NCBI GenBank assembly: GCA_963804995.1
Contig: CAWDSK010000003.1
Coordinates: forward strand, 640,001 to 704,000
DNA length: 64,000 nucleotides
Source: an uncultured Acidobacteriota bacterium
GTDB lineage: Bacteria > Acidobacteriota > Terriglobia > UBA7540
Direction of reading: 5' to 3'
The notes under the pieces are model-generated. The model did not search any database. It was not told where the DNA came from and saw nothing but the letters and a program-made list of their open reading frames with translations. Shown one piece after another: positions 60,957 to 64,000 of this stretch (position 1 is its first letter; each line of letters starts with the position of its first letter). Both the position numbers and the translations under genes were made by a program.

Positions 60957-63236
60957 GTGGAATCGGAATCTAAAATTCGAAAGATCGCCTTTCTTGGCGA
61001 TTACCTGCCACGTAAGTGTGGAATCGCTACATTCACGTCTGACCTCCTCACCTCGGTGGCAGCGGAGCACCCCCAAAGCCAGTGCTTTGCGGTGCCGGTT
61101 AATGATGTCGAGGAGGGGTACGAGTATCCCGGCGTGGTGCGTTTCGAAATAGAAGAGCAGGATCTCTCGTCCTACCAACGCGCGGCGGACTTCATTAACA
61201 TCAGTAACGTGGACATCGTCTGCGTTCAGCACGAGTTTGGGATTTACGGCGGGCCCGCCGGCCGCCATCTGCTGGCGCTGGTGCGCGAACTGAAAATGCC
61301 GGTTGTCACCACGTTCCACACGCTGCTGCGCGAGCCCAACGACACCCAGCGGCGCGTGATGCAGGAATTGGTTGCGCACTCGACCCGCCTGGTAACCATG
61401 ACCGAACGTGGACGCCAGATGCTGGAGGATATTTACAAAGCGCCCTCCGCCAAGATCGATCTCATTCCGCATGGCATTCCGGACATACCGTTTGTCGATC
61501 CCAATTATTACAAAGACCAGTTTGGCGTGGAAGGAAGGACGGTGTTGCTCACCTTCGGGCTGCTTTCGCCCAACAAGGGAATCGAGCATGTCCTGAACGC
61601 TCTCCCCCAAATTCTGGCGGAATTCCCAGACGTTGTTTACATTGTCCTGGGAGCGACGCATCCGCACGAGCTGGCGGAGCGCGGCGAGGCCTATCGTCTC
61701 AGCCTGGAAATCCTGGCCAAAAAGAACAAGGTTGAGAAGAGCGTCATTTTCTACAACCGCTTCGTGGAACTCGAGGAGTTGAAAGAATTCATCGGCGCGG
61801 CGGACCTCTACATTACCCCCTACCTCAACGAAGCCCAGATCACTTCCGGCACGCTGGCTTACACCTTTGGCGCCGGTAAGGCCGTGGTTTCGACCCCTTA
61901 TTGGCACGCCGCGGAATTGCTGGCGGATGAACGCGGTGTTTTGGTGCCCTTCGGGGACGCGAGCGCCATCGGACGCGAGGTAAATGGCTTGCTGGGCGAT
62001 GCGACACGCCGCCATGCCCTCCGCAAGAACGCCTACAAGCTGGGCCGCGAGATGGTGTGGAGCAACGTGGCGCGACTTTACATGCACAGCTTCGAGCAGG
62101 CTCGCCTCCAGGGCTCCTCGTTGTCCCGAAAGTTGTTCGCGACGAAGACTCTTGACCAGCAACCGCGGGAGTTGCCGGAGATAAGACTGGACCATCTTTC
62201 CCAGATGACCGATTCGACCGGCATTTTCCAACACGCCATTCTCACCGTGCCGAATTTTTCCCAAGGCTACTGCACGGACGACAACGCGCGCGCCTTTATC
62301 CTTTGCACGCTGCTCGACGAGTTAAAGGAAGAACCGGCACGGGTAGGGACGCTTTCCAGTACTTACGCCGCCTTTTTGAATTATGCCTTCGACAACAAAA
62401 CGAAACGGTTCCATAACTTTCTGAGTTTCGACCGCCACTGGCTGGACGAACAGGGGTCGGAGGATTGTCACGCGCGCGCGCTCTGGGCGCTGGGGGTGGG
62501 CGTAGGTCGCTCCCCGCATCGAAGTTTTCAGATCATGGCCGGACAACTCTTCGCGCGGGCCTTGCCAGTGGTTACAGAGTTTACCTCACCGCGCGCTTGG
62601 GCCTTCTGTCTTATCGGCATCCACGAATATCTGCGCCGTCTAAGTGGCGACCGCTTGGTCAGTCAAATCCGCGATGGGCTGAGGGCGCGGATGATGGATA
62701 TTTTCGACAGGGCCTCCCATCCGGATTGGCCCTGGTTTGAAGAGGAGTTGAGTTACGACAATGCCAAGCTCGCGCACGCCCTGATTCTCACCGGACGTGT
62801 GAACGGGTATCAAAAAGCGTTTGACCGAGGCCTGGGGGCTTTACGGTGGCTGGTGAAGGTGCAAACCTCCGAGAATGGGTGCTTCCGGCCCATCGGCAGT
62901 AACGGATTCTACCAGCGCGGCGGCACGCGCTCGAACTTTGACCAGCAGCCGATCGAGGCTCACGCCATGGTGTCAGCCTGCCTGGAGGCGTATCGCGCGA
63001 CCTCGGATTCCTGGTGGTACGAACAGGCCCATCGCGCCTTCGACTGGTTCTTGGGCTGGAACGACCTCGGGTTGGAACTCCACTCCGTCCAATCGGGCGG
63101 CTGCTGCGACGCTTTGCACGTGGATCGAGCCAACGCGAACCAGGGAGCCGAATCGACGCTGGCCTTTCTGCTTTCGCTGGCGGAAATGCAGCTCATGCAA
63201 AATGCCGTCACGGCGTTCAGCGAGCCGGCTTTGTAG
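60957..63236 (+). CDS. GT4 glycosyltransferase fused to a C-terminal alpha/alpha-barrel domain
   Basis: PRKCGIATFT, QHEFGIYGG, TFGLLSPNKGIE, QITSGTLAY, GYCTDDNARA, FDQQPIEA, NQGAEST. Confidence 0.88.
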   Translation: MESESKIRKIAFLGDYLPRKCGIATFTSDLLTSVAAEHPQSQCFAVPVNDVEEGYEYPGVVRFEIEEQDLSSYQRAADFINISNVDIVCVQHEFGIYGGPAGRHLLALVRELKMPVVTTFHTLLREPNDTQRRVMQELVAHSTRLVTMTERGRQMLEDIYKAPSAKIDLIPHGIPDIPFVDPNYYKDQFGVEGRTVLLTFGLLSPNKGIEHVLNALPQILAEFPDVVYIVLGATHPHELAERGEAYRLSLEILAKKNKVEKSVIFYNRFVELEELKEFIGAADLYITPYLNEAQITSGTLAYTFGAGKAVVSTPYWHAAELLADERGVLVPFGDASAIGREVNGLLGDATRRHALRKNAYKLGREMVWSNVARLYMHSFEQARLQGSSLSRKLFATKTLDQQPRELPEIRLDHLSQMTDSTGIFQHAILTVPNFSQGYCTDDNARAFILCTLLDELKEEPARVGTLSSTYAAFLNYAFDNKTKRFHNFLSFDRHWLDEQGSEDCHARALWALGVGVGRSPHRSFQIMAGQLFARALPVVTEFTSPRAWAFCLIGIHEYLRRLSGDRLVSQIRDGLRARMMDIFDRASHPDWPWFEEELSYDNAKLAHALILTGRVNGYQKAFDRGLGALRWLVKVQTSENGCFRPIGSNGFYQRGGTRSNFDQQPIEAHAMVSACLEAYRATSDSWWYEQAHRAFDWFLGWNDLGLELHSVQSGGCCDALHVDRANANQGAESTLAFLLSLAEMQLMQNAVTAFSEPAL

Positions 63237-63242
63237 CCACTG

Positions 63243-64000
63243 GTGAAAACCATCAAAATCCATCGCACGAATATCACGCTGTATCCGGACTCGAAGCGGG
63301 TCTTGCTGCGGCCGTTTCATTTCATGACCGGCCAGCGCGCCAGCGAGATTTGCGCCCACGTCATGGCCCTTTCCGAACCTCAAGCCGATAGCTTGCTGGG
63401 GCAGTTGTGGGCGGAATTCGGAGGACGTCACAAGAATATCCGGGAGTTCTTCCGGCGTCGATTCGAAGAGGTGCGCCCCTATTTGTTGAGCGACCATGCC
63501 CTCTCCGAAGAAAGGTCGTTGTTGATCGGCGGGTATTTCACCCACGAGTATTCCTTCCAAGCTGCGGCGTTGTTCAATCCCTCCATCGTACCGCACCCGG
63601 ACCAGTCGAACCTGGCCGATGGGGCGCAGCGTTTTGTCCTGAGCCTACGCGCCACGGGGGAAGGACATATTTCCGTCGATTACCTTTCGTACCGGGGTTG
63701 TGGACATCCAGGGAAACGTGGTGATCGATGCGCCCACCCGTTACAGCCTGGGGCCAGCGCTGGTGCCTGATGTTTCGTTCGAAAAGTGCCTGTTCGAGCG
63801 GAAACTCCGCGAACTCAACCTGATCGGCGCCTTCAGCCGGGAAGTGCTGAAACTCCTGGGAGAGCCGTTTACGCTGGAAGAACTGCGCACCAGTATCAAC
63901 CGGGCGGCAAAGGACCTCCGGGCGCATGACCTCGAAACCGAAAAAGTAGCCAAGAAGACTCTGGTCCTGGCGCAATCGTGCTTTGAAGTTCAGTTCGATG
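63243..64000 (+). CDS. GH130-family glycosidase/phosphorylase (3' end outside window); 1-nt insertion at about 63674
   Basis: FTHEYSF.AAALFNPSIVPHPDQ, FVLSLRATGEGHIS; removing one base restores SITFRTG, open to the window end. Confidence 0.8.

Noticed and set aside
60798..62264. 488-aa minus-strand ORF
   Set aside because: Antisense shadow of the GT4 gene

Overview
GC-rich bacterial chromosome segment, most likely Acidobacteriota (inferred from Oar-type TonB receptors, many Tat-exported sugar enzymes and an 'empty' quinoprotein plus cytochrome c). Left half (1-28 kb): carbohydrate uptake/catabolism genes, two paralogous TonB-dependent receptors flanking DUF1326 and TPR genes, and two toxin-antitoxin modules whose PIN toxins are both broken. 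A tRNA-Arg(TCT) at 28029-28105 is followed by a dead tyrosine integrase. Right half: a stress-gene-rich region with small membrane/secreted proteins, two Gln-rich secreted proteins, an MdtABC-type RND pump, a DUF3494 ice-binding-like protein, a trehalose operon with a membrane-sensor-OtsA fusion, a GT4-GH130 pair, and relics of ackA, xfp, dps and a Crp/Fnr gene. Top finding: 12 intergenic loci right of the tRNA carry a shared quasi-palindromic motif (TGAGC-N6-GAACA-GAC). It is often doubled at 22-bp spacing, and in 8 cases sits exactly 18 nt before a -10-like hexamer (centre about -41.5, CRP class II geometry). This suggests an uncharacterised Crp/Fnr-family stress regulon. Five isolated 1-nt frameshifts look like assembly errors. 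All calls come from reading the sequence by eye; no searches were run.
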